Shown in pieces: positions 1 through 12,277 of a stretch of 64,000 nt of DNA (position 1 is the first letter of the stretch; each line of letters starts with the position of its first letter). The translations under genes were made by a program, and so were the position numbers. The stretch comes from Podospora anserina. Lineage: Eukaryota. The notes under the pieces are model-generated. The model saw only the letters and a program-made list of their open reading frames with translations. It was not told where the DNA came from and ran no database searches. Where the stretch lies: positions 3,782,001 to 3,846,000 of the forward strand of contig CM030332.1 of the NCBI GenBank assembly GCA_017654855.1, read 5' to 3'.

Positions 1-3000
1 GGCTATCGGCTCGTTCAATCCTCTGACGGATGATGACTGGACTGAGATGGCGTATGTTGGTAACACGGCTCGGCTTTGCCAGGCTATCGTTGATGGTGAT
101 GCTGAGCATGTCAAGGACTGGCTTGCTCAGGAAGGAGTTGATCCCAATACTCGGGATTACACTGGTCGCACCCCTCTGCATCTTGCTGTCATGACGTCTA
201 CGCCGGAGATTGTTCGTCTTCTTGTCGATGCGGGTGCTAGGCTTGTCGCGCGTCTCGCTGATGGACGGACGGCTCTTCACCTTGCTGCGTCGCGTGGCAG
301 TGTGGAGATTGTTCAGATTCTCATGAACAAGAGCGTTGCTAATGAGGCGGAGCATGAGGAGAAGGAGGAGAAGCGCAAGAAGGAGCTTGCTGCGAACAAG
401 ACTGAGGAGGATAAGATGGATGTCGATGAGAAGGAAGAGGACGGTAGCGAGAAGGAAGAAGACGAGGAGTCTGATGGTGAGATGATCGATGGCGAGGACT
501 CTGACGATGAGGGCCGGACTACCACCAGTGGATTTGTCAAGGTTGGGAAGGACGCTGCCGCTGCGGATGAGCTGGCTTTGGAAGAGGCTGAAGAGGAGCC
601 TGATTTCTACGATGTTAACGTCATCGCCTGGGACACTCCTTGCTCTGCTCTTCACTTTGCCATCATGGAGGGTCATTGTGAGGTTGTCAAGACTCTGTGC
701 CAGGTATGTCATGCTGGGTCTTGAATGTTGGGAATAGTGCTAACTCTTTTGCAGGAATATGGTGCCGATGTTCTGCTGCCCGTCAAGTTCTTGAATAGCA
801 ACAAGTCCCCATACGGGGCGCTGCTCACTCTTGTCCTTGCGCTGGTTTTACCTGTTCCCAAGGCGAAGGAGATGGCCAAGATCCTCTTGAGTCTTGGGGC
901 CACCTCAGCCCAGGCCGATTTGAACGGCGTTACTGCCTTCCACCGTTATGTCGAGGAGAATGCCGAGTCGTTGCTTGCCACTCTGTGGGAGCACGATGCG
1001 GTAGGGACCAAGACGGCCATCAACCACATCAGCATGCGTGACCAGTATTCGACCGCAGAGACGGCTCTCGGCGTTGCTATCAAGAAAGGAAATCTTTCTT
1101 TGATTCTTCAATTGCTCGACCATGGCGCTGTGCCTCAGATTGACTTTGAGAGCTGGCTGAAGTCGGCGAGACAGTCAGCCGCCATCGAGAGGAACCTGGG
1201 CACTTTGGAGGGCAACAAGAAGATGTGGAACGAGATGACGGAGCAGCCCCTGATTCTCGCCATCAACTCCACCGATCCCTCCTCGGCTCTCGAGCTCCTC
1301 AAGGCTGGCGCCGACCCCAACGTTGTCACGATGGAGTCTCACAAGCAGATGGGCCGTTCGTGGGTCACGGTGGTTAACGGAGAATCTGCCCTCGATCTTG
1401 TGAATACCTACCTCATCCGTCTCAAGGAATTCCTTGACAAGAAGAAGGATGTGCCCAAGGCCCCAGAGCTTCGTGAGGATCTTGACAGCTGGCTCGATCA
1501 GTACGAGAAGTCATCGTACCAGTATGCGATTGCCTCTGCCGAAATTGCCAAACTGAAGGCTGTACACAAGGACCAGATGAGGCAGTATGAGAAAGAGCTT
1601 GCTTCGACTGAGGAACCTGAGGGTACGGCCGAGAAGAGGACGGCAGTCTTGCAAGCGTTTGTCACGTTGGCAAAGGTGAAGGAGGCACTTGTTGAGAAGG
1701 GGGCGAAGACCTTCGGAGAGCTTTTCCCGGCCTACAAGGCCCCTGACCCGTTCCCTGACGTCAACACCCCGTACGCGCAAGCAGGCAAGGTTGTGCAGCC
1801 GATTGTCGACCCGACGAGGCGCCTGTTCCATTTGCAGAATGTCTTTGATGTGACAGACAAGAGACTGCCTGCCTACATCTCTTTGTAAGTTGCTCATCCG
1901 TGGGTTTACCTGCTGAAATAGATGCTGACATTGATTTACACAGGTTCGAAGCCGCTTGGTTGGGCGATCTTGACAAGATCAAGAAGCTCTGCTTGACCTC
2001 GTGGGACGAAGAGCAAACCGAGGCTCCGCTCAAGATTGCCTTGTACGACAACAAGGGCAACTCTCCCTTCTCGCTGGCGTACTTCCGCGGCCATCATGAT
2101 GTCGCCAAGGCGATCCTTGAGATTGCCCAGGCGCAGTACACGCCGAGGGAGAAGCCTGAGGCCGAGTACAAGATGCACGTCAATGACACTTATGAGGATG
2201 ATTGCTCGATGGATGACTCGGACAACGAGTCGGTCTGCAGCGGCGGATCTGGGCCTGACATTTACAGGCACATTGTTGGCGGCGAGTTCACCATTGAAAA
2301 CATAGGAGAGGTTTCGATGAAGGTGAAGAGCCATACCAAGCCTTCTGAGATTCTGCACAGGAACTATCCCAAGCCTGGGGAGAAGGGTCGGCAGTATGGC
2401 CTGCTGTCTCGTAAGTCTTTTGCCTCGTCTGGTATTGGGAGTGATGAAGCTGATTTCGGGTGACAGGTGCTGTCTTTAACAATGACATGCAAGCGCTCAA
2501 GTTTGTTCTCGGTCTCGCTGAGCGGTTTGCTGCTGATGGTGGAGCTGAGGACAAGCAGACCTTTTACCCGTTTCCTGACTCTGTTTTCAAGCTGGCTATC
2601 CAGAAGGGCCACACTGAGCTGCTGGCCGAGATCATCAAGCGCACTGGTGCTGGTTTGCCTCTCGAGAACTTGGTGAAGAACACGGGTGTTGAGATCGCGG
2701 AGAAGCCGACTTACTATCAGGGATTGACCGTGTACGGGAAGAAGAGAAAGGACTGGGCGACTCAGGGCCGCAACTCCGCTCCGGGAGCTCGTGGTCTTGA
2801 GAGCTCCCCTTTGTTGCTTGCTGCTCAGTCTGCTCAGATTGCGAGTGTTGAGTGGTTCCTCAGTGATGCTCCGCTGAGGCACTATCTTTCGTTCTGCAAG
2901 AGCAAGGCGGCTAGGGAGGATGTTCGGATCAAGCACTTGGGACAGCAGAAGGGTGGCTTTGAGGGTGCCATTTCGAAGTGGCTGACTGACAACAGCGACT

Positions 3001-4226
3001 TAGCCATCCACGCTGCTGTGTACACCCGTCCAACACAGAAGTCGATCGACTTGGTGGAATACCTGCTCAAGGTTCGCCCCGAGTCCATCGATTCCAAGGA
3101 CCGCAACGGCGCTACTCCCTTGATGGCAGCTTGCAGGCTTGGTCGTGTCGAAATCGCAAAGCTTCTGGTCGAGGCCGGCGCCGATCAAAAGACCAAGGAC
3201 GCCAACTTTGACAACCTCTTGCACGCCGCGCTGCGCTGGAAGCCCACTCGCGAGCAGCTCAAGCCTCTCCTGGACCTTCTCGGCCGCGACCTCCTCGTCC
3301 GCATGCTCAAGGAGCGCAACAACCTCAAGACAGAAGGCCACACCCCCTTGCACACCTGGCTCCTCCATTTCACCCACTACACCAACCAATACGCCTACAA
3401 GAGCCTCGCCGACGCAGCTGCCGTCTTCAACCTCGTGGCCGACCTCTCCCCGGACGCGACCCGCCAAGCCCTCCGTATGCTCGACGGCGCGGGCAACACG
3501 CCCCTTCACTCCCTCCTGATGGGCGACACAGAGCACGGCCTGATCGGCTTCCTCCTCAACTTTGAGCCCTCCCTTCTCCTCGTCGAAAACGCGGTAGGCC
3601 GGACCCCAGCGGAGCTCATCCACGAGAAATTTGTGTCGAGCAAAGTCAAGGTTGAGAACCAGCCACAACAAAACTACTACTGGTACAACCGCCACGCCAA
3701 CACGGCCGACGCACTTGCCGTACGAAACATTCACACTGCCGACCCGAGAATATTTGTCAACCAGGGCGTCTGCGCCCAGTCGGCGGCTAAACACGCCGAG
3801 ATCAACCTTGCAAAGACTTTCTTCCTCTGCAAGGATTATCTTGCTAGAATGGAGAACCCCAAGCGCAGTCTGGTAAGCTTGCACGCGGCGAATATGGTTT
3901 CGCAGAGGTTGGGCAAGGAGTATGAGAGGGGGAGGTACAAGTATGATCTTGGGGAGGTTGTCAAGGGGGTGGAGGATGTTGCTCTTGTTGCGGGAAGTGA
4001 TGATGAGCAGGAGGAGCAGCAGAAGAAGCAGGAGAGGACGCAGTGGTTGTGGGAGCATGTTGTTTCGCAGGGGTACGAGGACAGCAGCAAGGGGTGGTTG
4101 GAGACGGATGGGAAGGAGGGGGCGGGGAGGGAGTGGGTGGCGCCAAGGTGTGTGAGTTGTCAGAGGTTTCATGGGTGGGGGGAGGCGCTGCAGAGGAGGG
4201 AGTCGGTGGTGCCGGTCATGAACTGA
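1..4226 (+). CDS. Large fungal ankyrin-repeat protein, 5'-truncated by the window edge; exons <1-703, 755-1884, 1944-2410, 2467-4226
   Basis: Frame is open from base 2 (AIGSFNPLTDDDWTEMAYVGNT). Ankyrin motifs GRTPLHLAV, GRTALHLAA, GATPLMAAC, GNTPLHSLL, plus acidic tracts. Four ORF-track segments join in frame via GT-AG introns 704-754, 1885-1943, 2411-2466 with CTAAC/CTGAC-like branch sites. Confidence 0.9.
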
Positions 4227-5079
4227 TTGCGGGGGGTGATGTGAGCGGTGACTTGAGGAGGGATACATGGTGTAATTCACGGTGATTTTTCTTGAGAAAT
4301 GACAATTCTTTATTCATGTGTGTTGGGTGTTGTGGGTCCATGGGTATTGTTTACTTTCCCCTTTTTACCCCTGAATTTTGAGATACGCCAGCTCTGATTT
4401 TTTCTCTAAGACTACACATATTTCACATTGTTGATCTCACAAACCACAAAACATTATCTGACTTTTTGAACCGCTTCTCAATTTTCACCATCTTCATCCA
4501 TCCTCTCAGCTCAAATCCTAATTAATCATATCATACAAAAACAAAAAAAAGCCAACAACAGCAGAAAAAGATATGAGTGAGAAGATGATGATGATATTTG
4601 GCTCATGATAAAACCATTCCAAAAAAAAACTACAATAAAAAAAAACTAAAACTCCTAAAAAAATGAACACTGGGTATGATAATCCTACGGGGTATAACAA
4701 AGAAGTAGAGAGAAAGAGAGAGAGAGAATTCTTGCCCTTGTCCCCTCCAACAAAAAAGCAGGCAAAAAACCCATAACCGGGGGCCAAAATAGAAAAAAAA
4801 AAGAGAAACCGAATTAACCACAATCATAATCCCTTCTCGCTGTTCTTCCCCTCTCACCCTCACCCTCCTGACTCACCCTTAGCAAAACACCCCCACTCCC
4901 CTCTAGTGCTCTCATAACATTGCATCAACAAGATACACAGCCAAAGATAAACTCCATGCTCCCAAAAAGACAGAAAAAGCAATACACGCTTGTCCTTATA
5001 ACCCACCAACCAACACCCCTTACCCCTCCTCAACCCCCCTCCCTCGACCTCGACATCCCAGGCTAGAAGAAGAACGTCT

Positions 5080-8000
5080 CTACCCCCTCCACCTAGGCCT
5101 CGTATCCTTCCTCTCCTGTGAATCCCCGGTCCTATTCCCCATAGCACTCTTGTTCCTACTCCCCAACCCCATCGCAACCCTAGCCCCTTCCACCGCCTGC
5201 GGAGACGCCCTCCCAGTCACCAACCCACTCGTCGACCTCCTAAAGTCACCACCACTCTCCCTCGGCAGTGGCAACAAACTCGACCTCCTCCCATTACTAC
5301 CCCCCATCATCCCAGCCATCGAACTCGCCGGCCTCGCGGCCGCGTCAGGACTCTGCTCCAGCGGCCTCGAAGAAGGCATCATGCTCGCCCTCCGATCCCT
5401 ATTCAACCCAGCCATGGTCGCCGAGCTCGCCAGCCTCGGCCTCTGCGCATACGGCCCCGGGGTAGAAGCCAACCGCTCCCGAAACGAGAGCCTAGAGTGC
5501 GATTTGGGAGTAGTCATCAAATCATCCTCCGGCAGAGGTGACGCACTCGAGGCTCTGCCAAGCGGGCTTCGCAACGTAGGTAGCTTTGAGCTGGACGAAG
5601 AAGGGGTGAGGGCAGAGGTTGACCGGACCGGAGTCGGAGTTTTCTTAGCGTACGGACTTGGGGTTGTCAACGTCAAGGGTTTGAAGTTGTGGCCCGTGTC
5701 GACATCCGACGTGTTGGTTGATGCGTTCCATTTCGGACGGTTGGACAGCGAAGAAGGCGATCGGGAGGTGCGGTTTCCTGTTGGGGTGGCCGACCCTTCC
5801 CTAGAGGGGACCGACAGAGTCGACATGCGTGCCGCGACTGGCTTTCGGGTGATAGAGGAGTGGGAGGGCGTGGGGAGGGAGGACATCCTCCTGCTGCTTG
5901 GTTGCGGCAGTGAGCTCCCGCCGCTGGTGGAGCGGGATTTGGAGATCCGGATGTTGGTCTGGGAGCTGGCCGGCTGGCTGGACATTATCACTGACGACGG
6001 GGGCGAGCTCTCGGGTGTTTCGTGGGCGCTTTGAATCGTAGACCGGCCGTTCGACAGGATACTCGAGACCGAGTCCCGTAGTTGTTGACTCTTCCTCTCC
6101 TGCTGGATCTCTTCCAGCACAAGATCAAGCTCGGCAATCTGCCTCTTCAACCCCTCCCACTTCGCCCTCATCTCGGTATGCAACCGTGAAATCTCCCCAT
6201 TAATAGTAAACCTATCCTTGACCCCCTTATCGATAATCGTCAAAAGCCTCTCGATCGCCTCCCCGTAATGCGTCTTCCTGGCCTCGTAGTTCTCAATCTT
6301 CTTGCTCATCGCCGGCGGGCTCGTCAAATGCAACCCAGACTCAATCGCCTCCCGTAGCCAGGTCGTACTTCTCTCAACAGACTCGTACATCTTTTGCGCC
6401 TGCCGACCAGCATTGCGAAACACCAAAATCCACCTGTCCTCGCCCAGCTCTTTACGGAGCGACTCGGCATCTTTCTCCAGCTTCTTATAGCTGGCATCCA
6501 AATCCGCCCTCCTCATCTCCAACTCCTCACAAGCAGTAGGAAACGTATCCTCGGCCCTCGCCTCAAAAACCGAAAGCCTCATGGGCAAGAAGTCAAGCGA
6601 AGCCCTAAGCGGCTGCATCCTCGCAAAAAGCGCCAACAAGCTCGAATCGTCCTGCGAAATCCCCATCGCCCCAGGACTCGGCGACCCAGGACTCAGAGGG
6701 AACGGAGGCAGACTAAACCGATTGCTCTGCTGCTGCTGCTGCTGCTGCCCCACCGGCAGCCTCAACCCCCCGGGCGTCGTATCCTCAGCAATAGTATCCA
6801 GCTCCCCTCCCTCCTCGGCCCCAAACACGCTCTTGTGCCTCCTCTCCTCCATCTCAAAAACCAACCTGCTCAACTCGTTCAGCTCATTCTCGATATCCCC
6901 CAACACCATGTTCCACAACTCCTCCCACTCCATCGCAATCTCCACCTGCGCCTTGACATTGTGCAGCGTCTTGCGCATCAGCCCCCACTCCTCCAGGATA
7001 GCCTCCATCTGCGCCACCGCCCTCCTGAGATCATCCGCCGACACGGCCGCAATGTCCTCCCTAGCCTGCAGTTCCTCAATCGCGCCGACATAGACCTTAA
7101 TCAACTCCTCGAACCGAATGATGGCGTTTTCCACCTCTTCCACCCCCTCGCGACCCCCGGCGGCGGCCCACTCGACGTCATCTTCGCTTTCCAGACCGCC
7201 AATTACCTCGGACGCTTTGGAGATCCACCCTCGAATTTGTTCCGCCGCGCCGATGAGTGCCCTGGTGGCTACTTGGGCTGTTGGAATGGCCGAGACTTTG
7301 CTAGACAGAGATTCGGCATCTGGGAGTTGCAACGACGTTAGTTGCGCCAACTGGTTGGCAAACGAGGCTCGAGATAACGTGTAAATCGACCCGGGCCGTT
7401 GCAGACCCAGCGGGTTCAATGCAATCGAATCCGGGTTGAAAACGTCTCCAGAAGGCGGGGTGGCTGGACTAAACGTGCGCGACGTTGTTGTCGTTGGAGG
7501 CGTATCCTTTGCCGGCGGCGGAGGTGGAATTTCTGGCGTCTGCGGTGGTGGCGGCGGTCGGGTATCCCTCGCGATATGCTCCTCCCTTGTGTCCAACTGC
7601 GCCTTCACCCCATTGCCATTGGTGTGGTCAGGCAGACGATATTTATTCGTGTCCATTTCCAGCGGTTCTGTGGTAGTAATTTCTGGGAGCAGCTCTGGTT
7701 TTGGGTATGATGATAATTCTTGTTCGATACTCGGGGACGGATAAGCGGGCGACTCGAGGGCCGGTTTGTTGTTGTTGTTGTTGTTGTTGTTGTTGCTGTG
7801 CGACGACTTGTCCGACTTGAGGCTCGATCTCGAGGGGATTCGGATGATGTGACCCTTCCAGGGTCTACCCCTCCGTTCAATGACGGCAGCTGCGGAGTTG
7901 ACCTGGTGTCCCTGGTCTAGTTTCCTAAGTTGCTCCTCTGGAAGACGGCCGATATCTTGCTGGATGGGAGGAGGGGGCGAGGCGGTTTTGCGGGAGGAGC

Positions 8001-8382
8001 CAAAGCCGAGGGCTTTTAATCGCGCTGCTAGGCCTGGAGACGGCTTTCTTGCGCGATGGACTGATGCTGAAGGGCCGGGAGTGGTAGCCCGGGAAGAGGT
8101 TGCAGGGTCGTCTGCCGATAGCTGTTGCTGAGATTGGGCTTGTTTTTGTTGTTGTTGCGGGTTAGTGTTGTTAGTGTTAGTGGTAGTGTTTGGCGGGTCG
8201 CCGTTGTGGCGATCGCTGGTGGTGGTGCTGGTACCGTTACCGACGTGGTGTTGATCCGTCGTCTCGTACGCGCGAAGGGGCAAAAGATCGGGTGACTCGG
8301 ACACGTCCGTCGCCGTGATAATCGGAGCGGTGAGTTCGTGATGGCTACTGCCTGGGGCAGCAGTAGTAGCAAGAGCCGTCAT
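5080..8382 (-). CDS. kar9: Karyogamy/spindle-positioning protein Kar9 (~1100 aa, intronless)
   Basis: Long ORF with a central helical region (QVEIAMEWEELW; SLLALFARMQPLRASLDFLPMRL; LRKELGEDRWILVFRNAGRQA) typical of fungal KAR9, a Ser/Pro/Arg-rich tail with NRPKWN and a terminal RPRWR. First ATG is at 8382 (the track's 8433 start is GTG). Confidence 0.85.
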   Translation of the reverse strand: MTALATTAAPGSSHHELTAPIITATDVSESPDLLPLRAYETTDQHHVGNGTSTTTSDRHNGDPPNTTTNTNNTNPQQQQKQAQSQQQLSADDPATSSRATTPGPSASVHRARKPSPGLAARLKALGFGSSRKTASPPPPIQQDIGRLPEEQLRKLDQGHQVNSAAAVIERRGRPWKGHIIRIPSRSSLKSDKSSHSNNNNNNNNNKPALESPAYPSPSIEQELSSYPKPELLPEITTTEPLEMDTNKYRLPDHTNGNGVKAQLDTREEHIARDTRPPPPPQTPEIPPPPPAKDTPPTTTTSRTFSPATPPSGDVFNPDSIALNPLGLQRPGSIYTLSRASFANQLAQLTSLQLPDAESLSSKVSAIPTAQVATRALIGAAEQIRGWISKASEVIGGLESEDDVEWAAAGGREGVEEVENAIIRFEELIKVYVGAIEELQAREDIAAVSADDLRRAVAQMEAILEEWGLMRKTLHNVKAQVEIAMEWEELWNMVLGDIENELNELSRLVFEMEERRHKSVFGAEEGGELDTIAEDTTPGGLRLPVGQQQQQQQSNRFSLPPFPLSPGSPSPGAMGISQDDSSLLALFARMQPLRASLDFLPMRLSVFEARAEDTFPTACEELEMRRADLDASYKKLEKDAESLRKELGEDRWILVFRNAGRQAQKMYESVERSTTWLREAIESGLHLTSPPAMSKKIENYEARKTHYGEAIERLLTIIDKGVKDRFTINGEISRLHTEMRAKWEGLKRQIAELDLVLEEIQQERKSQQLRDSVSSILSNGRSTIQSAHETPESSPPSSVIMSSQPASSQTNIRISKSRSTSGGSSLPQPSSRRMSSLPTPSHSSITRKPVAARMSTLSVPSREGSATPTGNRTSRSPSSLSNRPKWNASTNTSDVDTGHNFKPLTLTTPSPYAKKTPTPVRSTSALTPSSSSSKLPTLRSPLGRASSASPLPEDDLMTTPKSHSRLSFRERLASTPGPYAQRPRLASSATMAGLNRDRRASMMPSSRPLEQSPDAAARPASSMAGMMGGSNGRRSSLLPLPRESGGDFRRSTSGLVTGRASPQAVEGARVAMGLGSRNKSAMGNRTGDSQERKDTRPRWRG

Positions 8383-8772
8383 TCGGAACACTGGCTCGAC
8401 TGAGCTCCCTCTCTTTTTTTTTTTTGCGGGCACTTGGACGGCAGCCGACAGCGACAGAGCGTTCTAGCTTGGCGGCGTCAGAGGGTGCGTATGCGAGCTG
8501 CGTTCTGCGTCTTTTCCCCATAAAAATCCCCCCCCCCCCCAGGGTCGGCTGTGGTCTGAATTCGCGATGGAACGCAGTTTGCCTTGCGTTAGTGGTTGGA
8601 TAACACGCCGCAGAGGGGAATTCTGCCGGGTTTCAATCGTGGTGTGTGGCAGCAAATGGCAGTGGGCCGATGCAAATGAAGAGACAAGTGACTGGTCGAC
8701 AGCATCCCGTTTTGATCAGCAAGGTAGGTGTGATGTTATGAAGGCTGCTTCCAAAGAGAAATGGTTGGAAAG

Positions 8773-8821
8773 GGCAGAGCAGAGCAGAACAGAGCAGAGC
8801 AGATAGAGCAGAACAGAGCAG
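8773..8821. repeat. Imperfect (GCAGA)n pentanucleotide microsatellite
   Basis: gcagagcagagcagaacagagcagagcagatagagcagaacagagcag, upstream of kar9. Confidence 0.85.
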
Positions 8822-10468
8822 GCCCAAAAGGCCGACAGAAGTGCCAGAGGGGGCCAAGTTATTATTATTAAAAAAGAACAATTCCCAGAGGCCTGTCTCG
8901 CCTCCTCTAGCTTGGGGGGTGTTAATCTTGTGTTGGGTGCCCTTCGGGAACCCGCAGTCACGTTCGATGGGATCGTCCAATGAGCCCGGCGCCTTCCATG
9001 ACTGTTACCTTGCTCTCCAGATATTTACTGTGTAGTCCCCCAGAGCGCTCTTGACGATATCACAAAAAGCGAAGTTACAAGGTCGTAATATTCAGTGTCT
9101 TCCAGAGCACAAGCACTACCCGATGACGGCAGTTCGCCAGCCCGGACGGGCGACGGGTGCTGAAACGCTTGATGGGGGCACAGGGATTCTAGAAGATTAA
9201 ACCTATTTCCGGTATGGTCGGCAAGCCAGGGGCCCCTTTCTAGCGTTGCGTAACCACATGCTCGGGCCAAGGTTGGGCCTCTCTTCTTCTGTCGGCTGAC
9301 GAGACAGAGGGAATATATATCATGAAGAGATGACGATCGGCTTCACTTCTGCGGCCTGTCACTGAAGACACAGCAGCTAGGTCAAGCTCATGCAGCTGTC
9401 TTTTGTTTTGCAAAGATCAGACGCTTCTGCTAATAATTACCTCACATAAGGTAACCATCAAGACGGGCCGCTGATGGCCGCTGCGGAGAGCAAAGAGAAA
9501 TGCTGCAATGCAACCTGGATGGATGCTCCCGAGTCTGCATTGCAGTCAAACAGAACACCAATCATTGGCTTCAGCCGAGGTCAAAGTCGTGAAGAGATAT
9601 TGAGAGATTCAAAAGAGAAAGATGCTCACCAGAGATCCAGACGTCCAGACCACTGCTCAACATCAGATGAAATGGAGACAGACGCCCAGATGTCGTAATG
9701 AAAAGAAGCCAGCCGGGTATGCACGTGGCCTTCTCAACATCTCCTCGCGTTGCCGGGGCGTTGCTCCGTGGCGAGAATGACAGAAAAGCATTACGAGACA
9801 TTCCGCGGCTTCCGCTGTCAAGATCAAAGGGTTTCGTCAGTGATCGCAGGCTTCTCGCCGGTTGCTTTTGTGTCAGGAAACAAAAAATAAAAAAGCTTCG
9901 GCGGGGTTCGAGCTGTGTGAACCGACGCGTTGGCAGTGGACCGTGTCCTCATCTCCCCACCTTCCGTGTCGCAGACCAGGGGGTGGGCCATCGGTCCCCA
10001 ATCCCCACCGGCGCTGCATCAAGCCATCGGACCCCCTGGGCGAGAGCAGGCGAGACAGTCACAGGCAATTCTACCGCATGAAGTTATCTCATTTCTTCTG
10101 CCTGCCCACCCTCGCCCAACCTGCCTGCCCACAGAAATACCACACACAGCAGAATCGCCTGGACCTCGCTTTTTTCCCTTTTGCCTATCCATCCCCCCTC
10201 ACCGGAAAACCCTCCCGAAAAAACCTCCCGAAAAACCCAGACGTTCAGTGTCTGAGACTTGCCTCCCGTTGTGCGTTGAGCCGTCTCTTGTTTACTTTCT
10301 GCCTCAATCAACCACCAACGACAGCCACTCGCCCACTGGGCTCCCTGCCGTGGAACAACACACTTTGCTCTGTTCAAGACGCTGCAGCAGCCTTCGTACC
10401 AGACAGAAAGAAACGACGTCATCGCCGACGATCGCTCTTGGTATACCGAAATAGGCACACTCCGGCCT

Positions 10469-12277
10469 ATGGCCTTTTACCTCTCGTCCTCACTCGATAT
10501 CAAGATGGCAGCTGCTTCTGGTGAGCCCGCCAGCGGACGCTGTGCCTCTCCTCCGCTCGACAAAGCTCCCGGCCCGGCCCTCGGCCCTCGCTCTGACCCG
10601 ACACGCTGCCTTTCGGTGGGCTCGACCGTCTCTCATGGCTCCGCAACTACAGAAGCCTCGAATGTGCGCGAGTCTCTTGGGAGCGACAGCTCGGCCTTCT
10701 CACGCCAGTCCTCAGAGAGCTACCGTCCCTCTCGTGTCTCTGATATCTACACGGGCAATCTTCCACTCAATAATCGGGACTCGATGAACGGCATGGATAT
10801 GCCCTACACGCCAGTGACACCGTCGGGGTCCAGGAGCTCGAGCAGGCGCCGGGGTTACATGCGTCCCCAGGGAACTGACTTCGCTGCCAGCGCCCGCGCT
10901 CGGGAGAGCGTCCTGAGCCTCGGGAGCATCGCACATCTTCAGTACTACTTTGCACGGACCGGTTTGCTGGACGGGAAGGGTGGTCGGCTGGCACGCAAAA
11001 GAGACAGCAAGGCACAAACACTGGATCTTTCTTCGCTCGATTCCGTGTCGTTTTCTAGTCTCAAGGCCCCGGTCAGTGACCATGACTCGAGCTACGCATC
11101 CATGGGAAGCAGCCCGGATCTGGGTGCGCACAGTAGCTTTGTCAGTTTGGCCGGCGGTTCCCTCGTCGAATCGCCCACCGATGAGCAACACCCGGAGGAA
11201 TTCTATTCCGAGGACGAGTACGACGAGGAGGATCTCAACATGCCCCCTCCGACGACCAGCACATACATTCACCGAGAAAAGGCAGTCCCAAAGCCGCCGA
11301 CGGTTGCTGAATTAAGAACCGAGCTCACGAACGCCCTCGATACTGCCAAAAGATCACTGAAGGAAGCAAAAGACGCCAAGGCCCCACCAGACGATTCGCC
11401 CAAGATTTCCATTCATTTGACTGATGACCAGGGAGCCGACTCACGCGCACGTTCGGGGTCTACCAGAAGCACCCGGAGCAATAGGAGCAATATTGGGTGG
11501 TTTGAGATTCAGGGCATGCACATCCTTGATGTCATGACGCTGGCTATCCGGGCGGCCAAGATCTATTACACATCCCACGACCGACCTGACCGCCTGGATG
11601 CCATCAAGTCGGAAAAGGAGATTCGCAGTGCCTTGCTCTCTGTGATGGAGGTGCTCAAGCGCATGGCAACTCGGGGGTTCTCTGGCGGCATGCGTGAGGA
11701 CGAGTTCCACACTATGAATGAATGGATCTCCGGGCTCCACAGCATGCTGGCTGCTGAGGCTGAGATAGAGGCTGCCGAGGCTGCTGAGCGGGAGGGGTGG
11801 ACTTGGTTGCGCGATGAAGGGTGGGAGGGCCGCGAAATTCAGCGCGAGGAAGCCTTCATACAGTCGATGCTGCACGGCATCAAGGACCCCATCGAGAACA
11901 TGCCAACCATTCCCACATGGGTCCCCATTGACCGGACGAAGCCTTTGGGTGAGCAAACGCTCCCCACACCGTTTCTTGCGTCCCTGTCCAACGGCCAGCG
12001 TCTGGTTCACTTGCACAACTGTGCGGTTCGCAAGTCTCGCCGGAGGTTTGGTGCCATCGCCTCGTTCCATGGCGACACCCAGAAGCCATATCGCGCCGCT
12101 GACAACTTGCGCTACTGGCTCAAGGCGGCCGAGCTACGATGGGAGGTGCTGCTCAAGACCGATGCTCTTGGCCTCCAGTACAACACAAGCCCGCAACTCT
12201 GGCTTGACTTTGAGGATGCCATTCTCCAATGGTGCCGAACAGTACGCGGCGAGATTACCGCCGAGCTGGAGGGCTAG
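10469..12277 (+). CDS. Conserved fungal hypothetical protein (~590-602 aa) with a possible C-terminal calponin-homology-like domain
   Basis: Long ORF with coding-like codon use and a conserved-looking block SVLSLGSIAHLQYYFARTGLLDGKG. Start may be 10469 or the next ATG (MAAASGEP). Confidence 0.8.
   Translation: MAFYLSSSLDIKMAAASGEPASGRCASPPLDKAPGPALGPRSDPTRCLSVGSTVSHGSATTEASNVRESLGSDSSAFSRQSSESYRPSRVSDIYTGNLPLNNRDSMNGMDMPYTPVTPSGSRSSSRRRGYMRPQGTDFAASARARESVLSLGSIAHLQYYFARTGLLDGKGGRLARKRDSKAQTLDLSSLDSVSFSSLKAPVSDHDSSYASMGSSPDLGAHSSFVSLAGGSLVESPTDEQHPEEFYSEDEYDEEDLNMPPPTTSTYIHREKAVPKPPTVAELRTELTNALDTAKRSLKEAKDAKAPPDDSPKISIHLTDDQGADSRARSGSTRSTRSNRSNIGWFEIQGMHILDVMTLAIRAAKIYYTSHDRPDRLDAIKSEKEIRSALLSVMEVLKRMATRGFSGGMREDEFHTMNEWISGLHSMLAAEAEIEAAEAAEREGWTWLRDEGWEGREIQREEAFIQSMLHGIKDPIENMPTIPTWVPIDRTKPLGEQTLPTPFLASLSNGQRLVHLHNCAVRKSRRRFGAIASFHGDTQKPYRAADNLRYWLKAAELRWEVLLKTDALGLQYNTSPQLWLDFEDAILQWCRTVRGEITAELEG

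Noticed and set aside
3000-4280. 426-aa minus-strand ORF, and similar long antisense ORFs (5150-6034, 6394-7341, 37766-38737, 45741-46466, 52662-53381, 59162-59935)
   Set aside because: All lie opposite well-supported genes; explained by codon bias and skew leaving few antisense stops; products are low-complexity with no motifs.
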